A DNA stretch of 64,000 nucleotides, taken from assembly GCA_040377305.1 (NCBI GenBank), contig JBEIPA010000017.1, positions 32,001-96,000 on the forward strand, read 5' to 3'. Below are positions 10,313 to 18,709 of this stretch, piece after piece (the first letter of the stretch is position 1; every line of letters starts with the position of its first letter). This DNA comes from Flavobacteriales bacterium. GTDB taxonomy: Bacteria > Bacteroidota > Bacteroidia > Palsa-965. The notes beneath the pieces are model-generated. The model was not told where the DNA came from. It did no database searches and saw only the letters and a list, made by a program, of their open reading frames with translations. Both the position numbers and the translations under genes were made by a program.

Positions 10313-11827
10313 ATGCCGATACTCAACTCAATAGCAAGCTGGCTAATGGTGAAAAGACTTCACCAGATTGAACTATTCCGGAAACATCCGAGTGAAGTTC
10401 AGAAAGAGTGCTTCGATAAGCTGATTGAGTCGGGACGTGAAACAGAATTTGGTGAACACTTTGGGTTCAATGACATTCACAGTTATCAGGACTTTATTGG
10501 CAAAGTTCCAGTGCAAACTTATGATTCACTTAAACCGTGGATAGAACGTACACGCAATGGCGAGCAAGGTGTACTTTGGCCAACCGAAGTAAAATGGTTT
10601 GCGAAATCTTCGGGAACCACCAATGATAAGAGCAAACTTATTCCTGTCACGGAAGAATCTCTGAAAGATTGCCATTACCACGCTGGCAAAGACATGATCA
10701 CGCTGTATTGCAGCAATCACCCGGATCATCAACTCTTCACCGGAAAAAATCTCGCACTCGGTGGAAGTCACAGTACGGATGAACATGAATTTCACGAAAC
10801 CTATCAAGGTGATGTTTCTGCAATCGTAATTCAAAACCTCCCGATGTGGGCAGATTATTTCCGCGCCCCGAACGTGGAAATCGCTTTAATGAGTGAGTGG
10901 AATGAAAAACTGCGCAGCATAGCAGAGACAACGAAGGATGAAAACGTGGTGAGTCTGGCTGGTGTTCCATCGTGGATGATTGTTGTACTCCGAAAAGTTC
11001 TTGAACTCACCGGTAAGAAAACTATTGCGGAAGTTTGGCCGAACCTCGAAGTATATTTTCACGGTGGTGTGAGCTTGAATCCCTATCGTACACAGCTGAA
11101 AGAATTGTTGGGGAAGCAAATCAATTACCTCGAGCTCTACAATGCTTCTGAAGGTTTCTTCGGTATGCAGGATCAGAAGGAAAGCGGTGAATTGTTGCTG
11201 ATGCTCGATTACGGAATTTTCTATGAGTTCATTCCGCAAAGTGACTGGGGAAATGAAAATCCGAAAACGCTGGAACTTCACGAAACTGTTGTGGGTGAAC
11301 CTTACGCAATTCTGATCACCACGACTGGTGGATTGTGGCGCTACTCATTAGGTGATACCATTGAATTCACTTCAGTAATTCCTTATCGGTTCAAAATCAC
11401 CGGCAGGACAAAAAGCTTCATCAACGTTTTTGGAGAAGAACTCATGGAGGGAAATGCAGAGAAAGCACTCCAGATTGCCTGCGAAAAGACCGGGGCTGCA
11501 GTTAATGAGTATACGGCTACAGCAGTTTTCACTCCGGATAAAAAGCAGGCGTATCACGAGTGGGCAATTGAATTCACACGAGAGCCATCAGATCACAACT
11601 ACTTTGCAGAGGTGCTCGACAACACGCTGAAGTCGCTGAACTCCGATTATGAGGCGAAACGATATGGGAATTATATTTTGCTTCCGTTGAAAGTTTCAAA
11701 AGTGAGTCCTGGGACCTTCCTTCGCTGGTTCAAACACAAGGGTAAACAAGGCGGACAATTCAAAATTCCACGCTTGTCGAATGAACGTAAAGTTTTGGAC
11801 GAGGTATTGAAGCTCAATCACCAATAA
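10313..11827 (+). CDS. GH3 family acyl-acid amido synthetase-like protein
   Basis: WFAKSSGTT, YNASEGF, GGLWRY.LGD, ITGRTK and GGQFKIPRL are the GH3 adenylating-enzyme motifs. Confidence 0.92.
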   Translation: MPILNSIASWLMVKRLHQIELFRKHPSEVQKECFDKLIESGRETEFGEHFGFNDIHSYQDFIGKVPVQTYDSLKPWIERTRNGEQGVLWPTEVKWFAKSSGTTNDKSKLIPVTEESLKDCHYHAGKDMITLYCSNHPDHQLFTGKNLALGGSHSTDEHEFHETYQGDVSAIVIQNLPMWADYFRAPNVEIALMSEWNEKLRSIAETTKDENVVSLAGVPSWMIVVLRKVLELTGKKTIAEVWPNLEVYFHGGVSLNPYRTQLKELLGKQINYLELYNASEGFFGMQDQKESGELLLMLDYGIFYEFIPQSDWGNENPKTLELHETVVGEPYAILITTTGGLWRYSLGDTIEFTSVIPYRFKITGRTKSFINVFGEELMEGNAEKALQIACEKTGAAVNEYTATAVFTPDKKQAYHEWAIEFTREPSDHNYFAEVLDNTLKSLNSDYEAKRYGNYILLPLKVSKVSPGTFLRWFKHKGKQGGQFKIPRLSNERKVLDEVLKLNHQ

Positions 11828-11857
11828 CGGCGCGAAAATTGCGTTATCTTCATCATA

Positions 11858-12652
11858 ATGCATAAGCTAATCTTCATACTCTCTGTTTTTGTCATCTGCG
11901 CATTTGATAATGCCGATATCAATCCGGACTATAACGTGGAGATCAGTTCGAATGCGATGGTTACCGATAATCTTTCCAATGTTTACCTGATCAGCGATGA
12001 TCGGTTTCTGAAATACGACATGAAGCTGAAGCTGCAGAAAGAATTCAGCAACAAAAACTTCGGCAACATCACAACAGCCGATGTTACGAATCCGCTTAGA
12101 CCGCTACTCTTCTACCAGGAGTTCGGCCGCATTGTTTTTCTGGACAACACACTCAGTTTAAACGGTGAGCCGATTGCTTTGGAAAAACTGGGCTACCCAT
12201 TGGCAACTCTTGCCGCATCATCCTACGACAACAGCTTGTGGATTTATGATCAACCGTCATTTGAATTGATTCGCTTCAACACTGCGTTGGAGATTACAAA
12301 TCGCACGGGAAATCTTTCACAGATTCTGGGAATCGAGCTTCAACCAAATTTCATTCTCGAAAAAGACAATCGCTTGTTCGTGAACAATCCGAAAACAGGA
12401 ATTCTTGTGTTTGATGTCTTCGGAACTTACATCAAAACAATTCCGATTCTGGATCTTACCAATTTTCAGGTGGCCGATGATCAGATTTCCTATTTCAGAA
12501 TGTCGATTTTGAAAGCGTGGAATATTACGACTGCTGAAACTACAGATTACACACAACCGCAGAGCGCAACGGCACTAAACATGCGACTCGAACGCGAGGC
12601 AATCTTCGTTCAGGATTCCGCGAAAGTCTCCAGCTACATCCGAAAAAAATAA
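11858..12652 (+). CDS. exported hypothetical beta-propeller-like protein
   Basis: Signal peptide; 264-aa ORF with repeated beta-strand units (DVTNPL, LWIYD, ILVFDVFG). Confidence 0.7.
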   Translation: MHKLIFILSVFVICAFDNADINPDYNVEISSNAMVTDNLSNVYLISDDRFLKYDMKLKLQKEFSNKNFGNITTADVTNPLRPLLFYQEFGRIVFLDNTLSLNGEPIALEKLGYPLATLAASSYDNSLWIYDQPSFELIRFNTALEITNRTGNLSQILGIELQPNFILEKDNRLFVNNPKTGILVFDVFGTYIKTIPILDLTNFQVADDQISYFRMSILKAWNITTAETTDYTQPQSATALNMRLEREAIFVQDSAKVSSYIRKK

Positions 12653-12676
12653 GGGCCTCACTTTTGGTGAAGCCCT
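12643..12676 (-). terminator. intrinsic terminator for the DUF3127 gene
   Basis: Minus strand reads AGGGCTTCAC-CAAAA-GTGAGGCCCT followed by TATTTTTTT; lies between convergent genes. Confidence 0.7.
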
Positions 12677-12722
12677 CTATAGATCAATCGCGCGGTAGAT
12701 TTCTCTGTTCCGCCAGGATTAT

Positions 12723-13109
12723 TTAGAATGGTAAGTCATCGCTCTCGCTCGCAGCGCTGAACGTAGTAATATCCGGAGTTGGTGCTGCTTTCTGCATTGG
12801 AGCACTATTCTGAGCTCCGGCATTTGCATTCACACTTTCAATTTTCCACGCTTCAATAGTGTTGAAGTATTTCATTTGATTTGTTTTCGGATCATTCCAC
12901 TCACGTCCACGCAAGTTAAAGAACACGCGAATCTCATCACCAGGATTGTACTGATCGATCAAACCACACTTGTCTTGTGTAAGCTGCAATGTAATGTGTT
13001 GTGGATACTGAGACGAATTGTCTGTGATAACAATGTCTCTTTTACGAAAACGCTCAGAAACCTGTTGTTCCGGAAACTTAACCTTAAGGGTGCCTGTGAT
13101 GTTAAACAT
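12723..13109 (-). CDS. DUF3127 family OB-fold protein with an SSB-like acidic tail
   Basis: FRKRD.V, QYPQ.I, NLRGREW, YFN.IEAWKI and the C-terminal DDLPF. Confidence 0.88.
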   Translation of the reverse strand: MFNITGTLKVKFPEQQVSERFRKRDIVITDNSSQYPQHITLQLTQDKCGLIDQYNPGDEIRVFFNLRGREWNDPKTNQMKYFNTIEAWKIESVNANAGAQNSAPMQKAAPTPDITTFSAASESDDLPF

Positions 13110-13195
13110 GATAAAATGGTTTTAAAATTAAACGTGATTAATTATTACAAAAATAATCCAAATCGCCCGCCTCTATTTCAGTTATTAACGATTGT

Positions 13196-14074
13196 TCATA
13201 ACTCTGACAGCAACACTTTCCATGCCTCTTCCACCTTGCCATTGTTCAGCAAATCAGCAGCGATAACGTGTAAATTATTGTCTCCCCGTGCTTTCTGTAA
13301 CTCGGTGATTACACCTGTTTTAACAAACGCCTCAATTTCCTCTTTGCCCGGCAGCTTTTCCACGTTTCCCAGCATGCCAAGATGATTACCAGTCAATGTG
13401 TTGCTGTTACGAATCGCGTGTGGAATTCCATCAACTCCGATTCCAATTGTAATCAATGGTTTTGGCACTTTGAACATTGCGTTCCCGGATGCACGACAAT
13501 ACCAGTCGCCACCCATGCGCGCCACGAGATCAATCTTATTCTGATCAATCATTTTGGTTTCCGGATCGAGAATATCGTCTGCAATGTGAATCATTACGAT
13601 TTCTGCAATCACCAGATTTCCCGCGCCACCTTGCGTGCCCAACTCTATTACTTCCCGAACGATACATTCCAGTTGCACGGGCGATTCTTTAACACGGGAA
13701 GGGCGGATTTTTACCGAAGGAATTTCTGTCAATCCGGCTTTCACAAACTCATTCGTTCCCTTCGGATATTCTGTGCTGCTCAATGAAGCTTGTTGCACCA
13801 AATCGTAGTTCACAATGTTGATTACAACTTCAGGAACTTCCCGCACATTGTCGAGTGTGTTCTTCGTTGCACCCGTTCTTCCGCTTCGTGCAGGTGAAAA
13901 AATTGCAATCGGCGGATTCGCAGAAAACACATTGAAGAAACTGAATGGTGCGAGATTCGCGTTTCCTTCTGCATCGATAGTGCTCGCCCATGCGATTGGA
14001 CGTGGAGCAACTGCGTGAAGAAGATACTGGTGAATCTGGGCTGTTTTTAATTCTTTAGGATCGAGAGAAAGCAT
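13196..14074 (-). CDS. flavin reductase family protein
   Basis: VAPRPIAWAST, NLAPFSFFN, KNTLDN, RVKESP, VARMGGDWY. Confidence 0.9.
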   Translation of the reverse strand: MLSLDPKELKTAQIHQYLLHAVAPRPIAWASTIDAEGNANLAPFSFFNVFSANPPIAIFSPARSGRTGATKNTLDNVREVPEVVINIVNYDLVQQASLSSTEYPKGTNEFVKAGLTEIPSVKIRPSRVKESPVQLECIVREVIELGTQGGAGNLVIAEIVMIHIADDILDPETKMIDQNKIDLVARMGGDWYCRASGNAMFKVPKPLITIGIGVDGIPHAIRNSNTLTGNHLGMLGNVEKLPGKEEIEAFVKTGVITELQKARGDNNLHVIAADLLNNGKVEEAWKVLLSEL

Positions 14075-14090
14075 TCAGCAAAGATAGTAT

Positions 14091-14183
14091 GCAGTGCTCA
14101 GTACGCAGTAGGTTGCAGCAAGTTATTTCTTGCAGCCGAGCTAAATTATTACTGCAAACTGCGTACTGTGTACTGCGCACTGC
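14091..14183. repeat. 7-nt-period inverted array between two divergent promoters
   Basis: GCAGTGCTCAGTACGCAGT faces ACTGCGTACTGTGTACTGCGCACTGC; bounded by -7 boxes at 14079-14086 (minus) and 14186-14193 (plus). Confidence 0.65.
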
Positions 14184-14197
14184 TCTATCTTCGCTTC

Positions 14198-14968
14198 ATG
14201 TCAAAAACAGCTCTTATCACCGGCTCCACCAGCGGAATCGGTCTCGGTATTGCAAAAGAATTTGCTAAAGCCGGTTACAATATCTCATTCAATGGTCTCG
14301 AAAAGAACGGACAGGAAATTGCAGATGCAGTTGGAAAAGAATTCGGCGTGAAAGTATTTTTCTCCGGCGCCAATCTTCTCGACCCTGTTGCGATTGAAAA
14401 TTTCATTCGTGAAACGGAAAAAAATCTTGGAGGAGTTGATATACTCGTGAACAATGCAGGAATGCAGTTCGTTGCACCGATTGATGAATTTCCTAAAGAG
14501 AAGTGGGACATGATCATTGCGCTGAATCTCACTGCCGCTTTTCACACGACCAAGCATGCACTCGCAGGAATGAAATCACGCAAGTGGGGGCGTATCATCA
14601 ATATTGCATCTGCTCACGGATTAGTTGCATCCGAATTCAAAGGCGCCTACGTTGCCGCGAAACACGGACTTGTTGGATTCACAAAAGTGACCGCGCTTGA
14701 AGGTGCTCCTTTCGGAATTACAGCGAATGCCGTTTGTCCAGGATATGTAGACACTCCACTTGTTCGCGGACAAATTGCTGATCAGGCGAAAACGCACAAC
14801 ATGAGTGAAGCTGATGTGATTTCGAAAGTCATGTTAGCGAAACATGCCGTGAAGAAATTTGTGACCACCGAAGCACTTGGCGCTCTTTGCGTTTTCCTTG
14901 CAAGCGATCATGCCGAAGTGATGACTGGAAATGCGATTCCGGTAGATGGTGGATGGAATGCTCAATAA
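14198..14968 (+). CDS. bdhA: D-3-hydroxybutyrate dehydrogenase
   Basis: SDR motifs TGSTSGIG, NNAG-Q and YVAAKHG; Bdh-specific IASAHGLVAS..K.AY, CPGYV.TPLV..QI and DGGWNAQ; ATG 14198. Confidence 0.93.
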   Translation: MSKTALITGSTSGIGLGIAKEFAKAGYNISFNGLEKNGQEIADAVGKEFGVKVFFSGANLLDPVAIENFIRETEKNLGGVDILVNNAGMQFVAPIDEFPKEKWDMIIALNLTAAFHTTKHALAGMKSRKWGRIINIASAHGLVASEFKGAYVAAKHGLVGFTKVTALEGAPFGITANAVCPGYVDTPLVRGQIADQAKTHNMSEADVISKVMLAKHAVKKFVTTEALGALCVFLASDHAEVMTGNAIPVDGGWNAQ

Positions 14969-15038
14969 GATTTAACAACATTTCAACAAATGGCCCAAGA
15001 TCACAGCAAACCGGAAACTGTTATTACCTTTAGCGCTC

Positions 15039-16076
15039 TTGAATCCGCGACATCACTTTGATAAGAAACATGTTTCCCTCGCACTGCAAGGTGGCGGAGC
15101 GCATGGTGCCTTTACATGGGGCGTACTTGATCGCCTGCTGGAAGTTGAAGAATTAGTAGCCGAAGGAATTTGCGGTACAAGCGCAGGTGCCGTAAATGCA
15201 GTTGCACTCGCATACGGTTTACACATGGGCGGTCCTGCAAAGGCAAAAGAACTTCTGGAAGCATTGTGGAAGAAGATTTCGGTGTATGGTGGCAGCATGT
15301 TTAAGCCATCATCCTGGGACAGCGCCATGAATTTTGGGAATCTCTACAATTCTCCGGGATACATCTGGTACAATGCAATTTCACAAACGCTGTCTCCATA
15401 CGAACTGAATCCTTTCAATTACAATCCGCTGCGTGATGTATTGGAAAGTATTATTGACTTCAAAGAACTTCAGCATTACAGCACGAAGAAGCTTTTCATT
15501 TGTGCAACCAATGTAAAAACCAACCGTGCAAAGGTTTTTCACAACCACGAAATCACAGTTGAAGCTGTCCTTGCTTCCACGTGTCTTCCGATGTTGTTCC
15601 AGGCTGTGAAAATCGGTGATGAATATTTTTGGGATGGTGGCTACATGGGAAATCCACCGTTGACGCCATTGATCGCTGAAACAGAATCGCATGATGTGCT
15701 ATTGGTGAAAATCAACTCAATCAATATTCCGAAAGTTCCGACGCATGCGCGTGATATTCAGGAACGAATGAATGAGATCAGTTTTAATTCGAGCCTGATC
15801 AATGAAATGCACATGGTTCACTACCGCAATGAATTGATTCGCCGTGGTGTAAATCTTCCGGAACAAAATCGTGAAATATTTGTGCACTGTATTTCCGGTT
15901 ATGATGTACTCGACAAGCTCTCTTATTCCAGTAAGCTGAATACATCCTGGGATTTTCTTATGCACCTGAAAGAAGAAGGTCGTCGTGTTGCTGAGAAGTG
16001 GCTGGAAGAGGAATATGATCAGGTAGGCGTTCGCTCTACATTCGATATCGAAGAGCATTTCCTGAATAGATACTAG
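15039..16076 (+). CDS. patatin-like phospholipase family protein, candidate intracellular PHB depolymerase
   Basis: LQGGGAHGAF oxyanion loop, GTSAG nucleophile, WDGG catalytic Asp; directly follows bdhA; start uncertain (TTG 15039, or a frameshift from ATG 14990). Confidence 0.88.
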   Translation: MNPRHHFDKKHVSLALQGGGAHGAFTWGVLDRLLEVEELVAEGICGTSAGAVNAVALAYGLHMGGPAKAKELLEALWKKISVYGGSMFKPSSWDSAMNFGNLYNSPGYIWYNAISQTLSPYELNPFNYNPLRDVLESIIDFKELQHYSTKKLFICATNVKTNRAKVFHNHEITVEAVLASTCLPMLFQAVKIGDEYFWDGGYMGNPPLTPLIAETESHDVLLVKINSINIPKVPTHARDIQERMNEISFNSSLINEMHMVHYRNELIRRGVNLPEQNREIFVHCISGYDVLDKLSYSSKLNTSWDFLMHLKEEGRRVAEKWLEEEYDQVGVRSTFDIEEHFLNRY

Positions 16077-16120
16077 ATTTTCTCTCCAGGAAGGACTTCA
16101 GTTATCTGAAACTTTCGGCG

Positions 16121-16239
16121 TCGGATTTCGGAGATAAACTCAAACGTATCTCATAAAATCCAAGAGCTATGCATTGATCTTTACCGCGATGATCCGAGAG
16201 ATTCCCTAACAACACACACATATCAGAATCCGCGTTCCA
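16121..16239. repeat. nested palindromic element, copy C (core plus right arm only)
   Basis: GGATTTCGGAGATA-10 nt-TATCTCATAAAATCC, then TTACC-N4-TGATCCGAG-N-GAT, then AATCCGCGTTCCA; matches the copies at 46283 and 56512. Confidence 0.8.
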
Positions 16240-16256
16240 AAATCCGACTCCAATTT

Positions 16257-17093
16257 CTACGCAATATTCTTCTCCAGGTACTCACTAATCAATCCCGATA
16301 TCTGCGGAATCGCTTCGAGATTTAGTGTATGCCCTACTCCATTCAGTACAATAAATTCGGATTCCGGAATGTTCTCATTCACTTGTTGAGCAATTGCAAC
16401 CGGGATCAGCAAATCTTCCTCGCCGTGAATTATCATCACCGGAGCTTTCACCTTCATCAGCTGCGCACGGTAATCGCCTCGTGTTTCAGTTGCCTGCATG
16501 AGCTTGAATAAATTGTCAGCCGATAAATTATTACTGATCCGCAATTCCTTCAGAGTCTGAATTGGAATAAGTGGTTTCTCGAAATAAGTTGCACCCAATA
16601 CCACAGGCAACATCACATCGAGCAACAAGGGATAGCCCCCAACCCGCAACGCCGATTTCCAGCTTTCTCCCATTGCCGTAAATATTTCGGCGTTGTGCGC
16701 GAATGTCGACATCAGAACAGCACCCACATATTTCTCCGGAAACAATACTAAGGCGTGTTGCGCAACAGCACTTCCGTAAGAAAGTCCGCAGAGAACCGGT
16801 TTTTTAATTTCGAGCGCGGCCACAAGTGCAGTCACATCATTCGCATGTTGGTCATACGATCTGAATTCGCCTTGCGCAGTTGACTTTCCCTGAAACACGA
16901 GATCGAGCAACAACACGTTGCATTTCCCGATGAATTTCGGAGTAACCGCCGCCCACGACAATGTGCTCTGCGATAAACCATTCAGAAAAATGACAGTTGG
17001 TAATTCTTCACCGATAAAATGGTGTTGATAGAATAAGTTGTTGCCATCCTGCAATTCAAATAAATTCTCTTGTATTCCCGGTGCCGTGTCCAT
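16257..17093 (-). CDS. alpha/beta-fold hydrolase (enol-lactonase-like)
   Basis: FLNG, GLSYG nucleophile elbow, HGEED, GVGH. Confidence 0.88.
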   Translation of the reverse strand: MDTAPGIQENLFELQDGNNLFYQHHFIGEELPTVIFLNGLSQSTLSWAAVTPKFIGKCNVLLLDLVFQGKSTAQGEFRSYDQHANDVTALVAALEIKKPVLCGLSYGSAVAQHALVLFPEKYVGAVLMSTFAHNAEIFTAMGESWKSALRVGGYPLLLDVMLPVVLGATYFEKPLIPIQTLKELRISNNLSADNLFKLMQATETRGDYRAQLMKVKAPVMIIHGEEDLLIPVAIAQQVNENIPESEFIVLNGVGHTLNLEAIPQISGLISEYLEKNIA

Positions 17094-17130
17094 ATAATCG
17101 GTAATTTTCCTCTGGGAAAGATAGAATTAT

Positions 17131-18600
17131 TTGAAGGGAAATTCGGCACTATTTACAAACCCTACTCCGCTGGACCAGCTTGGTGACATACTTGATAACC
17201 TTCCGATCGGAATTGTAATTGTAAACAGTTCCGGCACGATTGTTTACCACAACAACTGTATTACAAGTCAATATGGTGAATTCAAAGGGAACAACATTGC
17301 AAACTTACTCGCAGGATTTCCACAACACCTTTTCACTGCAGCAGATAATTCCTTCCCATTTAATTACAACGATAGCCTTCATAACGGTGCAATCAATGTT
17401 CAGTGCAAAATCAAACGCGATAAGAATGGAAATCTTCTTGTAAGTGTTGTGGAAGGTGATGTTCAACTCAAGCAGTTACGCGACATTGAAGCCAAAAAAA
17501 ATGCCGCTGAAAATTTGTTACGGTCTGCGATTCTGGGAACAGGAACATTGGAACAAGCATTGACAGAAGTTTGTCGCATTGCATCTGCTGCAATGGAAGT
17601 ATCGCGTGTCAACATCTGGGAGTTCGGTGATGGAATTACATCAATTACGGGTCTTGTTAACTATGATAATCGTTTCACCGAATTACTTCCGAATGCAACG
17701 TTATACCGCTACCAGATTCCGAGATACTTCAGCCTATTCGAAACCGAAGAAATTATTCCAACCTCTGACGCACTGAATCATCCGAGTACTGCCGAGCTGA
17801 AAGAAAGTTATCTCGAAGTAAACGGAATTCGTTCATTGATGGACGTGCCGGTTCGAATCGGAGGAAAGATGATCGGACTTGTTTGCTTCGAAGACACGAA
17901 GAAAATGCGTGATTGGGATCCGGGTGAACAAAAATTCGGTCTCTTTATCTCGCAAGTGATTGCGCTTACAATTGAGTCAACACGCAGAAAGAAAACGCAG
18001 AATGACCTCGAGCTGATTCTGGATGAGAAGCGTATTCTGCTCAATGAAATTCACCGTCGGGTTCGCAACAACTTTGCATTGATTCAGGATTTGCTTCGTG
18101 CTGAGTCAGGTCGTGCGCAAGACGATTATCACAAAGAACTTTTTTCTGATCTCCGAAACCGGATCAATAGCCTTGATATGCTGCAAAGACAGCTTTATCA
18201 ATCGGAGAAAGTTGATCGTGTTAACTTCCGTGATCTGATACTTGACCTTGTTGCCGGTTACCGTTCCACGTTCTCCGGTTCGCAAACAGATTTCATCACT
18301 ACGCTCGACCAGTGTGAGTTGAATGTGGCAAAGGCCTCAATATCCGGTCTGTTTGTGAATGAAATCATGATGATGTTGATGAGTGAAGCTGGCCGATTGA
18401 AATCGAAAGAGCAAATTTCAATTCGTCTGAAGAAAGTAAACTCTCGTGTGAACATTGCGATAGGTTCATCGATAAACATTGATTCACGCAGCGAAAGAGA
18501 ACGCATGCTCACATCATTCGAATTGGCTCAAAAACTGGGAAGCAAGCTCGAGATCGATCGGTCAAAAGGCACCGGCTATTCGCTGAGTTTCGACGCTTAG
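17131..18600 (+). CDS. PAS-like/GAF/HisKA_2 sensor kinase-like protein (degenerate, probable pseudokinase)
   Basis: GAF motifs VSRVNIW, GIRSLMDVPV and R.W...EQ.F; HisKA_2-like EIHRRVRNN; HATPase boxes eroded; TTG start uncertain. Confidence 0.78.
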   Translation: MKGNSALFTNPTPLDQLGDILDNLPIGIVIVNSSGTIVYHNNCITSQYGEFKGNNIANLLAGFPQHLFTAADNSFPFNYNDSLHNGAINVQCKIKRDKNGNLLVSVVEGDVQLKQLRDIEAKKNAAENLLRSAILGTGTLEQALTEVCRIASAAMEVSRVNIWEFGDGITSITGLVNYDNRFTELLPNATLYRYQIPRYFSLFETEEIIPTSDALNHPSTAELKESYLEVNGIRSLMDVPVRIGGKMIGLVCFEDTKKMRDWDPGEQKFGLFISQVIALTIESTRRKKTQNDLELILDEKRILLNEIHRRVRNNFALIQDLLRAESGRAQDDYHKELFSDLRNRINSLDMLQRQLYQSEKVDRVNFRDLILDLVAGYRSTFSGSQTDFITTLDQCELNVAKASISGLFVNEIMMMLMSEAGRLKSKEQISIRLKKVNSRVNIAIGSSINIDSRSERERMLTSFELAQKLGSKLEIDRSKGTGYSLSFDA

Positions 18601-18709
18601 TCAACTGATTTTCTCCTTTTCATTGTTACTTCTTTGTGAATGAAATATTTTGATTCGCACCTGCATTGGCGTATTTTTCTTGTGGCAAAAACACACTTAA
18701 ACCCATTGC

